DNA of 44,553 nucleotides from Patescibacteria group bacterium (GTDB lineage Bacteria > Patescibacteriota > Patescibacteriia > Patescibacteriales > UBA12465). The translations under genes and the position numbers were made by a program. A model generated the notes under the pieces. It did no database searches and was not told the DNA's origin. It was given only the letters and a program-made list of their open reading frames with translations. Shown here piece after piece: positions 10,876-20,245 of this stretch. Numbering within the stretch: the first letter of the stretch is position 1; the number at the start of each line of letters is the position of its first letter. The DNA lies in NCBI GenBank assembly GCA_027858435.1, contig JAQICS010000015.1, forward strand, positions 1 through 44,553. Direction: 5' to 3'.

Positions 10876-12141
10876 CTATTTTATTATTTCTTTTTCAATT
10901 TCCATTAATCTATTATACTTCTCTACTCTCTCTCCTCTTGATAATGAACCTGCTTTAATATAATCAGCTTCAATTGAAATAGCTAAATCAACGATAAAAG
11001 TGTCTACACTATCTTTGCTTCTAGCTGACATAATTGTCAGATATCCACGATCTTTGGCAAGTTTTACATAAGAAAAAACGTCTGTCAATGTACCAATTTG
11101 TCCTGGTTTAACTAAACTGGTATTAGCCGCTCCTTCATTAGAGGCTAGTCTTAGTCTATCAATATTTGAAGAAAAGAAGTCATCACCAGCAATAATAATT
11201 TTACTGCCTAAGTCTGTGTTAATTTTTTTATAAGATTCAAGATCTGCTACATTAAATGGATCTTCGAGATAGCTAATTGGGTAATTATTTAACCAATCAT
11301 TATATAGTGATAATAGATCACTAGTTTTAAAAGTATTTCTATCCAGTGAAAATATATATTTCTTTTCATTTTCATCGTATAAAATAGAAGAACCAATATC
11401 TAAACCTAAACTAAAGTCTTCCTCAATTTTATAGCCAGATCTAATTATAGCTGACATCATTAACTCTATTGCTTCAATACTTGAATCTATTTCTGGAGCA
11501 TAGCCACCTTCAACTCCAGTATCAGTATCATAATCTAGTTCTTGTAAAACTATGGCTAATTCTTTAAAAATTTCAGAACCTGCTCTTACAATATCTTCAA
11601 TTTTTTTTCTTTTAGGAATTAAAAGAAATTCTTGAAAATCTAAATTTGTATCCCCGCTATCACCACCATTGAAAAGACTAAATATTGGAAGGGGTAATTT
11701 TAGATCTTTAGATTTAGTGTTTAGTTTATTTAAATATGAATACAGCTCTTCTTTTCCTTGTTTAGCTGCTAACTTAGCTGCTAAAGATGAAATAGCAAAA
11801 ACTACTGCCTCTGGTAGTACTTTATTATCTTTATCTAAAAATGACTTTAACACCTTATCAATTTCTTTTTGGTTATTTATTTTCAAACCAATTAGTTTTT
11901 CTGAAACTAAATCTTTTATTTTAGTAACTAAAAGAAGAAGTCCTTTTCCTTTATATCTTTTTTCATCTTTATCATAACTAAATTCAGGTTCTGCAAAAGG
12001 TGCTTGATAATAATCAGAAGAAACAGTTGTTGTTTCACTTAATGAATTTTCTAAATCAATTTTAATTCTTAAACTAATCTCACCACTTGAATCTAGAACT
12101 TCATAAGCAGATAGTTTTTTTATTTTAGAATATATAGGCAT
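10876..12141 (-). CDS. eno: Divergent enolase homolog
   Basis: FQEF, EGGYAP, LEDP, AGDD, LVKPGQIGTL and ERVEKYNRL present; SGASTG loop and two conserved His absent; start moved to ATG 12141. Confidence 0.85.
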   Translation of the reverse strand: MPIYSKIKKLSAYEVLDSSGEISLRIKIDLENSLSETTTVSSDYYQAPFAEPEFSYDKDEKRYKGKGLLLLVTKIKDLVSEKLIGLKINNQKEIDKVLKSFLDKDNKVLPEAVVFAISSLAAKLAAKQGKEELYSYLNKLNTKSKDLKLPLPIFSLFNGGDSGDTNLDFQEFLLIPKRKKIEDIVRAGSEIFKELAIVLQELDYDTDTGVEGGYAPEIDSSIEAIELMMSAIIRSGYKIEEDFSLGLDIGSSILYDENEKKYIFSLDRNTFKTSDLLSLYNDWLNNYPISYLEDPFNVADLESYKKINTDLGSKIIIAGDDFFSSNIDRLRLASNEGAANTSLVKPGQIGTLTDVFSYVKLAKDRGYLTIMSARSKDSVDTFIVDLAISIEADYIKAGSLSRGERVEKYNRLMEIEKEIIK

Positions 12142-12151
12142 AGTATTTAAA

Positions 12152-13330
12152 TTAGTAACTAACAATTTTATTTAATCCCGGTAATTCTTTTCCTCCCAAA
12201 AATGATAGCATTGCTCCTCCGGCAGTAGAGATAAAATCAATATACTCAGACATCTTTGTCATTTTAATCACCTCTATTGTCTCCCCTCCTCCCAAAACAC
12301 CAAATGATGGTCCTTTAGCGCGTGAGGCAATAGATCTAGCAATTGATAGACTTCCTTGCCTAAAGCTATGTTCTTCAAATTTTCCCATTGGTCCATTCCA
12401 AATCAAAGTATTAGCTTCTTTAATATGTTTAGCAAATAGACCAATTGTCTCTGGTCCAATATCTAAAATTGATTCATTCTTTTTGACACTTTCAGGAACA
12501 CATTGTCTAACAATACCTTTTTTGTTTTGTACAACTACATCAATTGGCAAAATAATTTTCTTTAAATATTTTTTGTTCTTCATTTTTTCTAAAATAGAGT
12601 CATCTACTTCATTTTCACAAAATGAATTACCCACTTCATAACCTAAAGTTTTAAAGAAAACCGTTGCTAGAGCACCACCAATTAAAATATTATCTGCTTT
12701 GTCGTGTAAATTAAAAATTAAAGGGGCTTTGGTAGATATTTTAGCTCCTCCCATAATTGCAACTAGTGGTTTTTTGGGATTAACTACCTTGTTTAATGCC
12801 TCTACTTCCTTTTCAATTAAGAACCCAGCATAGCTTGGTAGGTATTCTTTCACTCCACTAACTGAAGCTTGCTTACGATGACAAACTGAAAAAGCATCAT
12901 TTACATAAATCTCTGCTAAATTAGCTAACTCTTTAGAAAACTTTTTATCATCAGTTAATTCTCCTTTGTTAAAGCGAACATTTTCAATCATTGCTATCTC
13001 CCCTTCTTTTAAATTATCGGTTTCTTTTTTAGCTTTTTTAGGATCATGTTCTGATATAAATTTTAAATCACTGCTTAAATTTTCTTTTAAATAGAGGAAA
13101 ACAGGTTTAAGAGAATTACTTGAATCTACTTTTCCCTTAGCTCTTCCTAAATGACTTACAAGAATTATTTTTGCTCCCTTTTCTTGAAGATAATTAATAG
13201 TGTCATAGGAAGCTTTTATTCTAAAATCATCTTTAATCTTTTTTCCCTCAAGTGGAACATTATAGTCAACCCGAAGCAAAACTTTTTTGCCAGCTAAATT
13301 TTTTAAATTTTTAATTGAATTAATTTTCAT
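12152..13330 (-). CDS. pgk: Phosphoglycerate kinase
   Basis: RVDYNVP, SHLGR, NDAF, GGAK, DIGPET, WNGPMG and GGGET intact. Confidence 0.96.
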   Translation of the reverse strand: MKINSIKNLKNLAGKKVLLRVDYNVPLEGKKIKDDFRIKASYDTINYLQEKGAKIILVSHLGRAKGKVDSSNSLKPVFLYLKENLSSDLKFISEHDPKKAKKETDNLKEGEIAMIENVRFNKGELTDDKKFSKELANLAEIYVNDAFSVCHRKQASVSGVKEYLPSYAGFLIEKEVEALNKVVNPKKPLVAIMGGAKISTKAPLIFNLHDKADNILIGGALATVFFKTLGYEVGNSFCENEVDDSILEKMKNKKYLKKIILPIDVVVQNKKGIVRQCVPESVKKNESILDIGPETIGLFAKHIKEANTLIWNGPMGKFEEHSFRQGSLSIARSIASRAKGPSFGVLGGGETIEVIKMTKMSEYIDFISTAGGAMLSFLGGKELPGLNKIVSY

Positions 13331-13340
13331 ATAAATGAGT

Positions 13341-14570
13341 TTATTTTATTATATTCTCATTACTACTTATCTCTTTTAAAGAAAGACTAGTATTATATTC
13401 AACACCATCTCTTTCATAAATAACATCAAGTTTATCACCGGGATAATACATATTAACTACTTGAGCTAAATTATTATCTTTATCAATTTCAATATTGTTA
13501 ATCCAAGTAATAATATCTCCTTCTTTTAAACCAGCTAAATCAGCTGGGCTGTTTTTCTCTACTGCTGGTTTAAGACCACTGCTCCATATTAAAGCTCCTT
13601 TATCAAGACTGCTATATTCTGATACTATTTTATATTTACTTAAATCTAAATAATTAACTCCTAAATATGGACGACTAAGTTCATTTTTTTCTAAAAAATT
13701 TATCCAGTAATGGTTATAGGAAAAGGTTGGAACGATGTCTCCGTTGTAATTAACAAAAGCCATTAAATCTCCAGCTAAATTAAAGACAAAAGAAGTCTTA
13801 ATTTCTTCTTCGTTTAAATTAGTGTTTAAACTATAATTAATTAACTCACTACTTGAGATACCATTTACCTCTCTAAGAGATGTAATATTTCCGGGATAAA
13901 CTGTATTAGTATCTTTAATTGCTAAAATACTTTGTCCAAGTTTAATATCTTTTAAACTCGCATTTTTCTTAACGTTCATGTTTTTAGCACCATTAAGATG
14001 AAAAAATGCTAAATTATTACTCTTATCAATTAATATCTCATCAATGTTATATATCTCTTCACTATTATCAATTACTATATAACCTTCTTCATAGTTTTCT
14101 ACAAAATCAGTCATTAATCCTTCACTATAAGGTGTAAAGACCCAACCATCAGAGGTTATTAAAAGTCCATTAAACAGTGGGTCATTTAAATTATATTCTA
14201 CGAAAGAATCTGTCCAAGAACTACTTGTTGCCTCTGATGCTAACTTTGTCACAGCTATTTTTTTCTTATCAAACACAGACACCAAAGATGACTTAACCGA
14301 ATTAACGGTTTCTGACAATTTAACATCTTCATTTACAACTACTTTTTTGGCATCACGAATAATTAAGCCAGGATTAGCATTTAAACCAGATAGATCTAAA
14401 TTACTTTGGTAATTTTGTAGCACTTCTTCTGAAACATAGTAATTAGCCATTACTTGACCAAAAAAACCGGCTAGAAGTGCACAAATAACTATTAGCGGTA
14501 TTATTAACCAAAAATTCCTACCAGTAAATAATTCTTTATTATCTTTTTTATTGTCATTTTTCTTTTTCAT
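13341..14570 (-). CDS. Membrane-anchored HtrA/DegP-like protein with PDZ domain, protease triad lost
   Basis: TM helix; GLLITSDGW; RPYLGV; SPADLAGLKEGDII PDZ signature; no TNxH or GNSGG motif. Confidence 0.8.
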   Translation of the reverse strand: MKKKNDNKKDNKELFTGRNFWLIIPLIVICALLAGFFGQVMANYYVSEEVLQNYQSNLDLSGLNANPGLIIRDAKKVVVNEDVKLSETVNSVKSSLVSVFDKKKIAVTKLASEATSSSWTDSFVEYNLNDPLFNGLLITSDGWVFTPYSEGLMTDFVENYEEGYIVIDNSEEIYNIDEILIDKSNNLAFFHLNGAKNMNVKKNASLKDIKLGQSILAIKDTNTVYPGNITSLREVNGISSSELINYSLNTNLNEEEIKTSFVFNLAGDLMAFVNYNGDIVPTFSYNHYWINFLEKNELSRPYLGVNYLDLSKYKIVSEYSSLDKGALIWSSGLKPAVEKNSPADLAGLKEGDIITWINNIEIDKDNNLAQVVNMYYPGDKLDVIYERDGVEYNTSLSLKEISSNENIIK

Positions 14571-14595
14571 ATCTTATATATATTTTTTAATTTAA

Positions 14596-15354
14596 TTATA
14601 TCCATGGTGCACTAAATAGTACCAACACTATCATTATTATTGTTAAAACTAGCGGCCACTTTATAGTTGTTTTATTTAACTCACCTTTAATATTTAACCT
14701 TAACATAGTGGAAACAAAATAGAATATAAGTGCCATGATAAAACCTAGAATATTTGCCTTAAGAGGAAGCATAAATAACACCCAACTTAATTGCCCCAGT
14801 AGTATAGCAGAAATAAATGCTAAAATAACTTTAACTTGCCTATCACCTTTTAGAAAAAGAATTGTTTGCCAGAATAATAACAATAAAACTAAACCAAGTG
14901 CAAAAAAGAAAAGGGTGAAGTTAATATTAATAAACAAAGGTAGAGTATAAAAGGATGAGAAAAGAGTGAAAACTATTAAAAATGAATAGTTATAGGAAAA
15001 ATTATCTAAACTTTTTTCTTTTTCATTTTTTTTAGAAAATAAATAATAATATATATATTTAAAATATATAAAATTTAAAATAACCATTGATAAATGAAAC
15101 AATTGTATTAAAAACTGATTGGGTAAAAGATAGGCATATGAAGAAAAACCAATCCAAATAAAAGATGGTAATACTAAATAACTAGGCCAAAACTTTTCAT
15201 CATTATCTTTTGCTAAATATCTAATGCCAAATAGTATAAATATTAAACCAAGTGAAATTGAAACAAAGAAGAAACTAGGATAAATCAAAAACAGTTCACT
15301 TAAAACTAAGAGAATAAAAGGAATGATAAGTGGAACTATTCTTTTCTTATTCAT
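14596..15354 (-). CDS. Polytopic membrane protein of unknown function
   Basis: About 8-9 hydrophobic segments; short gaps to neighbouring genes. Confidence 0.8.
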   Translation of the reverse strand: MNKKRIVPLIIPFILLVLSELFLIYPSFFFVSISLGLIFILFGIRYLAKDNDEKFWPSYLVLPSFIWIGFSSYAYLLPNQFLIQLFHLSMVILNFIYFKYIYYYLFSKKNEKEKSLDNFSYNYSFLIVFTLFSSFYTLPLFININFTLFFFALGLVLLLLFWQTILFLKGDRQVKVILAFISAILLGQLSWVLFMLPLKANILGFIMALIFYFVSTMLRLNIKGELNKTTIKWPLVLTIIMIVLVLFSAPWI

Positions 15355-15378
15355 GTAAAAATATTATTAACTCTCTTA

Positions 15379-17730
15379 CTATATAATTTCTTCACTACTC
15401 GTTGAACTATCATTAAGTACTCCATCTTCAATTATTATCTCATTATCAGTTGAAGTAGTTAAATCATCTGGTAACGGAATTGTTTCAAATTGATCATACA
15501 TAAATTCCTCAGAATCAGGATTATTAGTATTATCAGCTACATCCTCTTCCATGTTTTCACTATCCTCACCCATATTTTCATTTTCATTATTAACATCATC
15601 AGTGCTAGTAGCACTTGTTTCAAGTCCTTCATTTTCAAAGTTTGGAATTAAAGAATCGTCAGGATTTTCAGATAGAGATAAATATAAAGAGTTTTCTATA
15701 TCATCTAAATTACCATGGGTTAAGTATTTAGAGGATACTGATATAACCTTATTATCTTTTTCTAAAAAATTAATAACGGTATTCTCTCTTCTCTCTATTT
15801 CTTGACTTTCATACTTTTGATTAAAGTATCCTCCAGCTGAATGATCTAGTCTTCCTTCAAATTCTAAACTATCATTTTTATAGGAAAAGAAGAAAGCTCC
15901 AGAAAATGACAACCTTCCTTCTTCATAGAAAGTAACTGGGAAAGAAATAATATTGTTTGAGTAATAAAAAGATTTTGGACTTTTAAAAGCAAATGATTCA
16001 GTAGAATTTTTACCAATTAAAAATCCATCTAATTCTTTAGGGTTCTTAAGATCACTAAAATCATAAAGTGAAAGTTTTATTTCATCTTCATCGTCATCAT
16101 TTTTATACTTAGATAAAGAAGCAAAGTAGTTTCCATTATCATCTAATACTTGTAAGTAGTTTTCTAAACCATTAAGCTTTACACTTCCTAGAAAATTCAT
16201 ATTATCCATTTCTGAACTATCTATTACATAAATAGAACCTTTCTCTTCTTCAGATAATAGAAATACCCTATCTCCTACAAAATTAACTTGAAAAATATTA
16301 TCTTTAGTTCCCAGTTTTTCCATTTTTCCTTTAACTTTCAGAGCATCATCTAAAATATATAAATTAGTATAATCACTTAATTCTTCCCCTTCCTCATCAA
16401 ATCTTTCAGAATGAGTAGAAAGATAAACTAGATTATCTTTTTCATATATTTTATCTATAGAATTAAAATATCCTCTTAAATTAACTTTTGCGAAGTAGAA
16501 AATAGACCTACCATCAAGAGTGAATCGGTGTAAAATTGTCTGATTATTTAAACTACCATTTTCATTAATTTTTTCATCTACTAAATCTGTAATATCAGCT
16601 TGAACAAGAATTCTTTCAGTTTCAAGTAGTGAATCTAAATAGCTATCTAAGACCTTTTCTATTTTCTCTTTTTTCTCTAATTGACTGAAAAGTTCTTCTG
16701 AAGAATTTTCAACATCAGTAACTATTTTTTGATCTTCATCATTTAAGCTTGTGAAAATAATTTCTTTTTTAGCTTGATATTCATACAACTCTCTGTCAGC
16801 TCTTATGTCATAGGCGATATAAAAACTATCGTTGGTTAGTATTGTTTTATGATCTTTGTTTAATAAATAGAATTGTCCATTCAAATCATTATCTAAATTG
16901 TTTAAATCAAGGTGACTTACTCCTAAAAACCTATAACTATCATAATTGCTATCAAAATAATAAGTATCCCAACAACTATTATTTTCCTCACATGAAGCAA
17001 AGATGTTTACTCCGTTATCTTCAATGTTTGGTAAATAATTCTTTTCCTCATAGCTATGGTCACTTTCAAATATAAAATATAGTTGTCCTTGTTTTTCAAT
17101 TAAGCCAACTGATTTACCAATAAACTTATAATCCTTAACTAAATTAAGTTGGTTTTCTTGATTAATTTCAAATACCTTTAAAATAGTATTAGTTGAGTCT
17201 TCTTCTTGTCCATAAATAACTATTAATGAATCATGAACAATTAGACTATTTGCTTTAAAATTAAAATCATTTTCAGTTTTTATTTCATAAGTTTCTTCCT
17301 CACCCTCTGCTATTACTTTTAATTTATTTTTATTTAAATAAAATACCTTATCACCAGCTTCTTCTAAAACATTAGCATTTTGATATACATTATCTCCTTC
17401 ATTTTTTATATCTAAATAGTTTAAACTTTCTCTTTTCTCTATTTCTTTATACGAAGATCTGTGCCTATTATCGTATAAAAAATTCTTCAAATTATTAATA
17501 TCTGAATATATTTTTAAACGATTGCTATAAATATCTTCTTCTATTTCTTTCTCTTTCTCTTTCTCTTTCGCTACTTCTTTCTCAGTATCTATTTCTTCGC
17601 TGTCGCTACCATTTAAGTTTAAATTAGAAATGAATTCCCCTTCTTGCCAAGGTAGAGAGCAAGCACTAGCAACTGTTGCTACTAAAAATAGCAAAAGAGC
17701 AAGAGAAAAAATGTTTTTATTGTTTTTCAT
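15379..17730 (-). CDS. Lipoprotein with beta-propeller domain and acidic low-complexity tail
   Basis: Lipobox VASAC; beta-rich blade-like segments (NLYILDD, IKLSLYDFSDLKNPKE); D/E/S/T/N-rich C-terminus. Confidence 0.72.
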   Translation of the reverse strand: MKNNKNIFSLALLLFLVATVASACSLPWQEGEFISNLNLNGSDSEEIDTEKEVAKEKEKEKEIEEDIYSNRLKIYSDINNLKNFLYDNRHRSSYKEIEKRESLNYLDIKNEGDNVYQNANVLEEAGDKVFYLNKNKLKVIAEGEEETYEIKTENDFNFKANSLIVHDSLIVIYGQEEDSTNTILKVFEINQENQLNLVKDYKFIGKSVGLIEKQGQLYFIFESDHSYEEKNYLPNIEDNGVNIFASCEENNSCWDTYYFDSNYDSYRFLGVSHLDLNNLDNDLNGQFYLLNKDHKTILTNDSFYIAYDIRADRELYEYQAKKEIIFTSLNDEDQKIVTDVENSSEELFSQLEKKEKIEKVLDSYLDSLLETERILVQADITDLVDEKINENGSLNNQTILHRFTLDGRSIFYFAKVNLRGYFNSIDKIYEKDNLVYLSTHSERFDEEGEELSDYTNLYILDDALKVKGKMEKLGTKDNIFQVNFVGDRVFLLSEEEKGSIYVIDSSEMDNMNFLGSVKLNGLENYLQVLDDNGNYFASLSKYKNDDDEDEIKLSLYDFSDLKNPKELDGFLIGKNSTESFAFKSPKSFYYSNNIISFPVTFYEEGRLSFSGAFFFSYKNDSLEFEGRLDHSAGGYFNQKYESQEIERRENTVINFLEKDNKVISVSSKYLTHGNLDDIENSLYLSLSENPDDSLIPNFENEGLETSATSTDDVNNENENMGEDSENMEEDVADNTNNPDSEEFMYDQFETIPLPDDLTTSTDNEIIIEDGVLNDSSTSSEEII

Positions 17731-17806
17731 ATAAAAATAAAGTTTTAACTATATTATTAGTCATTATATCACTTAAAATGGATATTAACAAAGAGATTTA
17801 TTCTTT

Positions 17807-18574
17807 TCAGTAGATATCAACCGTGGTTCCCACATTAGTTCTTTCATACACATATTTAGCTGAATTAACACCTAATCTAATACAACCATGAGAAACTGGG
17901 GTTCCTAGATGATCCTCTCCCTCACGGTAGCCATTTGGCCAAACTGGTAACTCATGTATTCCAATTCTTCCCCGATCAAGTCCTAACCAATATGGCATCC
18001 AAAGACCATAGGAAGCTGACCAAGCATTTTCAAATTTATTAACCACCTCATAGACCCCTGGAGTGGTTGGAGTTGAAGGTTTTCCTGTTGAAACTGAAAA
18101 GTTTTTCCATCTATATCCTTCAACTAAAAAGTATAGCTCTTGATCTTCTAAATTAATCTCAATTTTAACATCAAGTTTTTCGTTTGAAGATGAGTTTAAA
18201 GGGCTATATAAATTATCTATTTCTATAAAATCATTATAGGAGTCACCATCACTGTCTTTTTCAAATGGATTTGTTTGAAAAACAATCTCCCAGTAATCAG
18301 ATAGACCATCATCATCTACGTCACTTTCATGAATATTAATCTTTTCCTTATTAAAAGGTGAATAGGCATTTCTAATCTCTAACCTATTACTATAGCCATC
18401 GCCATCAAAATCAAGACCAAAATTATACTCATCCTTGTTGTTATTATAAAAAGTGTCCCAGGCTTTCAGAAGAAATGGATCAAGTATTTTTTCTTCTGCT
18501 AAAACTGAATTAGAACTAGCAAACAGGAAAAACAAAACAAATATTGCTATCAATGTAAATTTATTTTTAATCAT
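17807..18574 (-). CDS. L,D-transpeptidase (YkuD family) with DxDxDG calcium-binding repeats
   Basis: Signal peptide; DFDGDG, DVDDDG and DSDGDS repeats; VSTG, IGIH and SHGCIRL. Confidence 0.92.
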   Translation of the reverse strand: MIKNKFTLIAIFVLFFLFASSNSVLAEEKILDPFLLKAWDTFYNNNKDEYNFGLDFDGDGYSNRLEIRNAYSPFNKEKINIHESDVDDDGLSDYWEIVFQTNPFEKDSDGDSYNDFIEIDNLYSPLNSSSNEKLDVKIEINLEDQELYFLVEGYRWKNFSVSTGKPSTPTTPGVYEVVNKFENAWSASYGLWMPYWLGLDRGRIGIHELPVWPNGYREGEDHLGTPVSHGCIRLGVNSAKYVYERTNVGTTVDIY

Positions 18575-18586
18575 TTTTTTAAATTA

Positions 18587-20236
18587 TTACTTTTTATTTT
18601 CTTGGTTTTTCTTTTTCTTCTTCTTATAAATTGAAAACTCACAACCACAAAATTTTTGTCTATAAACTCCTAATTCTTTGGCATATTCTTGTGATTTTCT
18701 AAAAATTTCATTGGAGCGAATATTATCCTCAAGTACTTTAATATTATATTTTTTAGATAACATTCTATTTATATTATTTATACTCTCTCCATCTTTATAC
18801 GTACTAACAAGCAAACTAGTGCCAACATAATCAAAGTTTTTTAAACTAGCTAACTTAAAAGCTTTATCTAATCTGTCAAAATAGCAAACCTTACACCTTT
18901 TTCCTGTCTCGGGTTCTTTTTCTAAACCCTTAACTTTTTCAAGCCATTTTTCATGTAAATATGGCTCAACAATTAAAGGAATATTAAATTCTTTAGCCAT
19001 TTTCTTAACCTCGTTTAATCTTTTTTCATACTCTTCTTGTGAAGATAAGTTGGAGTTATAGAAATACCAAGTAATATTATATTTAGGTTTAAGAATTTCT
19101 TTTGTTACATATGAAGAACATGGAGCACAACAGATATGAAAAAGTAATGTTTTTAAATTATTTTTATTTCTTCTATTTCCAAGATAATAGAAAAATAAAA
19201 TGGTTAAAAACATTAGTATTGTTAAAACAAAAAGCGCTAAAAATTTACCTCTTGTTTGTAAAAAAAGTCCACTAAATCCAAAAATAAAAGAAAGAGATAC
19301 AAAGACCAAAACAGTTTTTGGCTGACTTAAACCAGCATCGAGTAAGCGGTGGTGAAGGTGTTGCCTGTCAGAGAATTTAAAAGGATTCTTTTTATTTATA
19401 ATCCGTCTAATTATCGTCCACATTACATCTAGTATTGGTATTCCCATAACAAGAAGAGCAATAGCAATTTTTGCTCCAGATATAATGGATAATACTCCTA
19501 GAATATAGCCAATTAAAAGTGAACCACCTTCTCCTAAAAATATTTTAGCTGGATGCCAATTAAAGACTAAAAATCCTAAAATTGCCCCACTAAATATAAT
19601 AGCAGCTAGTGAAATATCTGGTTGAAAATATGTAGTTGATAGGGTGAATAGGAATATGATAAAGGAAGCAATAAGGCCAACACCGGATACCAAACCATCT
19701 ACTCCATCAAGTAGTTTAGTGGTATACATCATACCAAGTAGCCAAGCAAAAATTATAATTTCTGAGATAAAAGGTATAATATTTATATTAATAATTCCTC
19801 CCATGGGATTACTAACCTTTTCTATTTCCACTCCACCTAAAATAATAGATACTATAGCTAATATTGGAAAAATAAATTGTTTTAAAGGAGATAAATTATA
19901 CCTATCATCAAGAAAACCACCTATAATCAAAAACAAGGCTCCTGCAAAAAAGCCTAAAAGATGATATATATTTAAATTACTACTTAAAAATCTATTGCTA
20001 AATATAAAAAGAATTGTGAAAAAAGAAATAAATATAGCTGATCCTCCTAAAAGTGGAGTGGATTTAGAATGAATTTTTCTCTCTCCTTCTTTTCCTTTAT
20101 CTGGTTTATCTAAAATATTAAAACGCCAAGCTATTTTTTTAATCGCAAGAGTAAAAACAATTGATAACAAAAAAGCAAGACCAAAGGGTATAATATAAAA
20201 AATATTTTCACTTTTTAGAAATTCAACAAATAACAT
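18587..20236 (-). CDS. Fusion of WecA/TagO-type polyprenyl-phosphate HexNAc-1-P transferase and epoxyqueuosine reductase QueH
   Basis: N-terminal part: RKIH, PLLGG, GFLDD, LDGVDGL, FNWHPAKIFLG and DRQHLHH. C-terminal part: HICCAPCS, FYNSN, RCKVC and YRQKFCGC. Confidence 0.85.
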   Translation of the reverse strand: MLFVEFLKSENIFYIIPFGLAFLLSIVFTLAIKKIAWRFNILDKPDKGKEGERKIHSKSTPLLGGSAIFISFFTILFIFSNRFLSSNLNIYHLLGFFAGALFLIIGGFLDDRYNLSPLKQFIFPILAIVSIILGGVEIEKVSNPMGGIININIIPFISEIIIFAWLLGMMYTTKLLDGVDGLVSGVGLIASFIIFLFTLSTTYFQPDISLAAIIFSGAILGFLVFNWHPAKIFLGEGGSLLIGYILGVLSIISGAKIAIALLVMGIPILDVMWTIIRRIINKKNPFKFSDRQHLHHRLLDAGLSQPKTVLVFVSLSFIFGFSGLFLQTRGKFLALFVLTILMFLTILFFYYLGNRRNKNNLKTLLFHICCAPCSSYVTKEILKPKYNITWYFYNSNLSSQEEYEKRLNEVKKMAKEFNIPLIVEPYLHEKWLEKVKGLEKEPETGKRCKVCYFDRLDKAFKLASLKNFDYVGTSLLVSTYKDGESINNINRMLSKKYNIKVLEDNIRSNEIFRKSQEYAKELGVYRQKFCGCEFSIYKKKKKKNQENKK

Positions 20237-20245
20237 TCATTTTAA

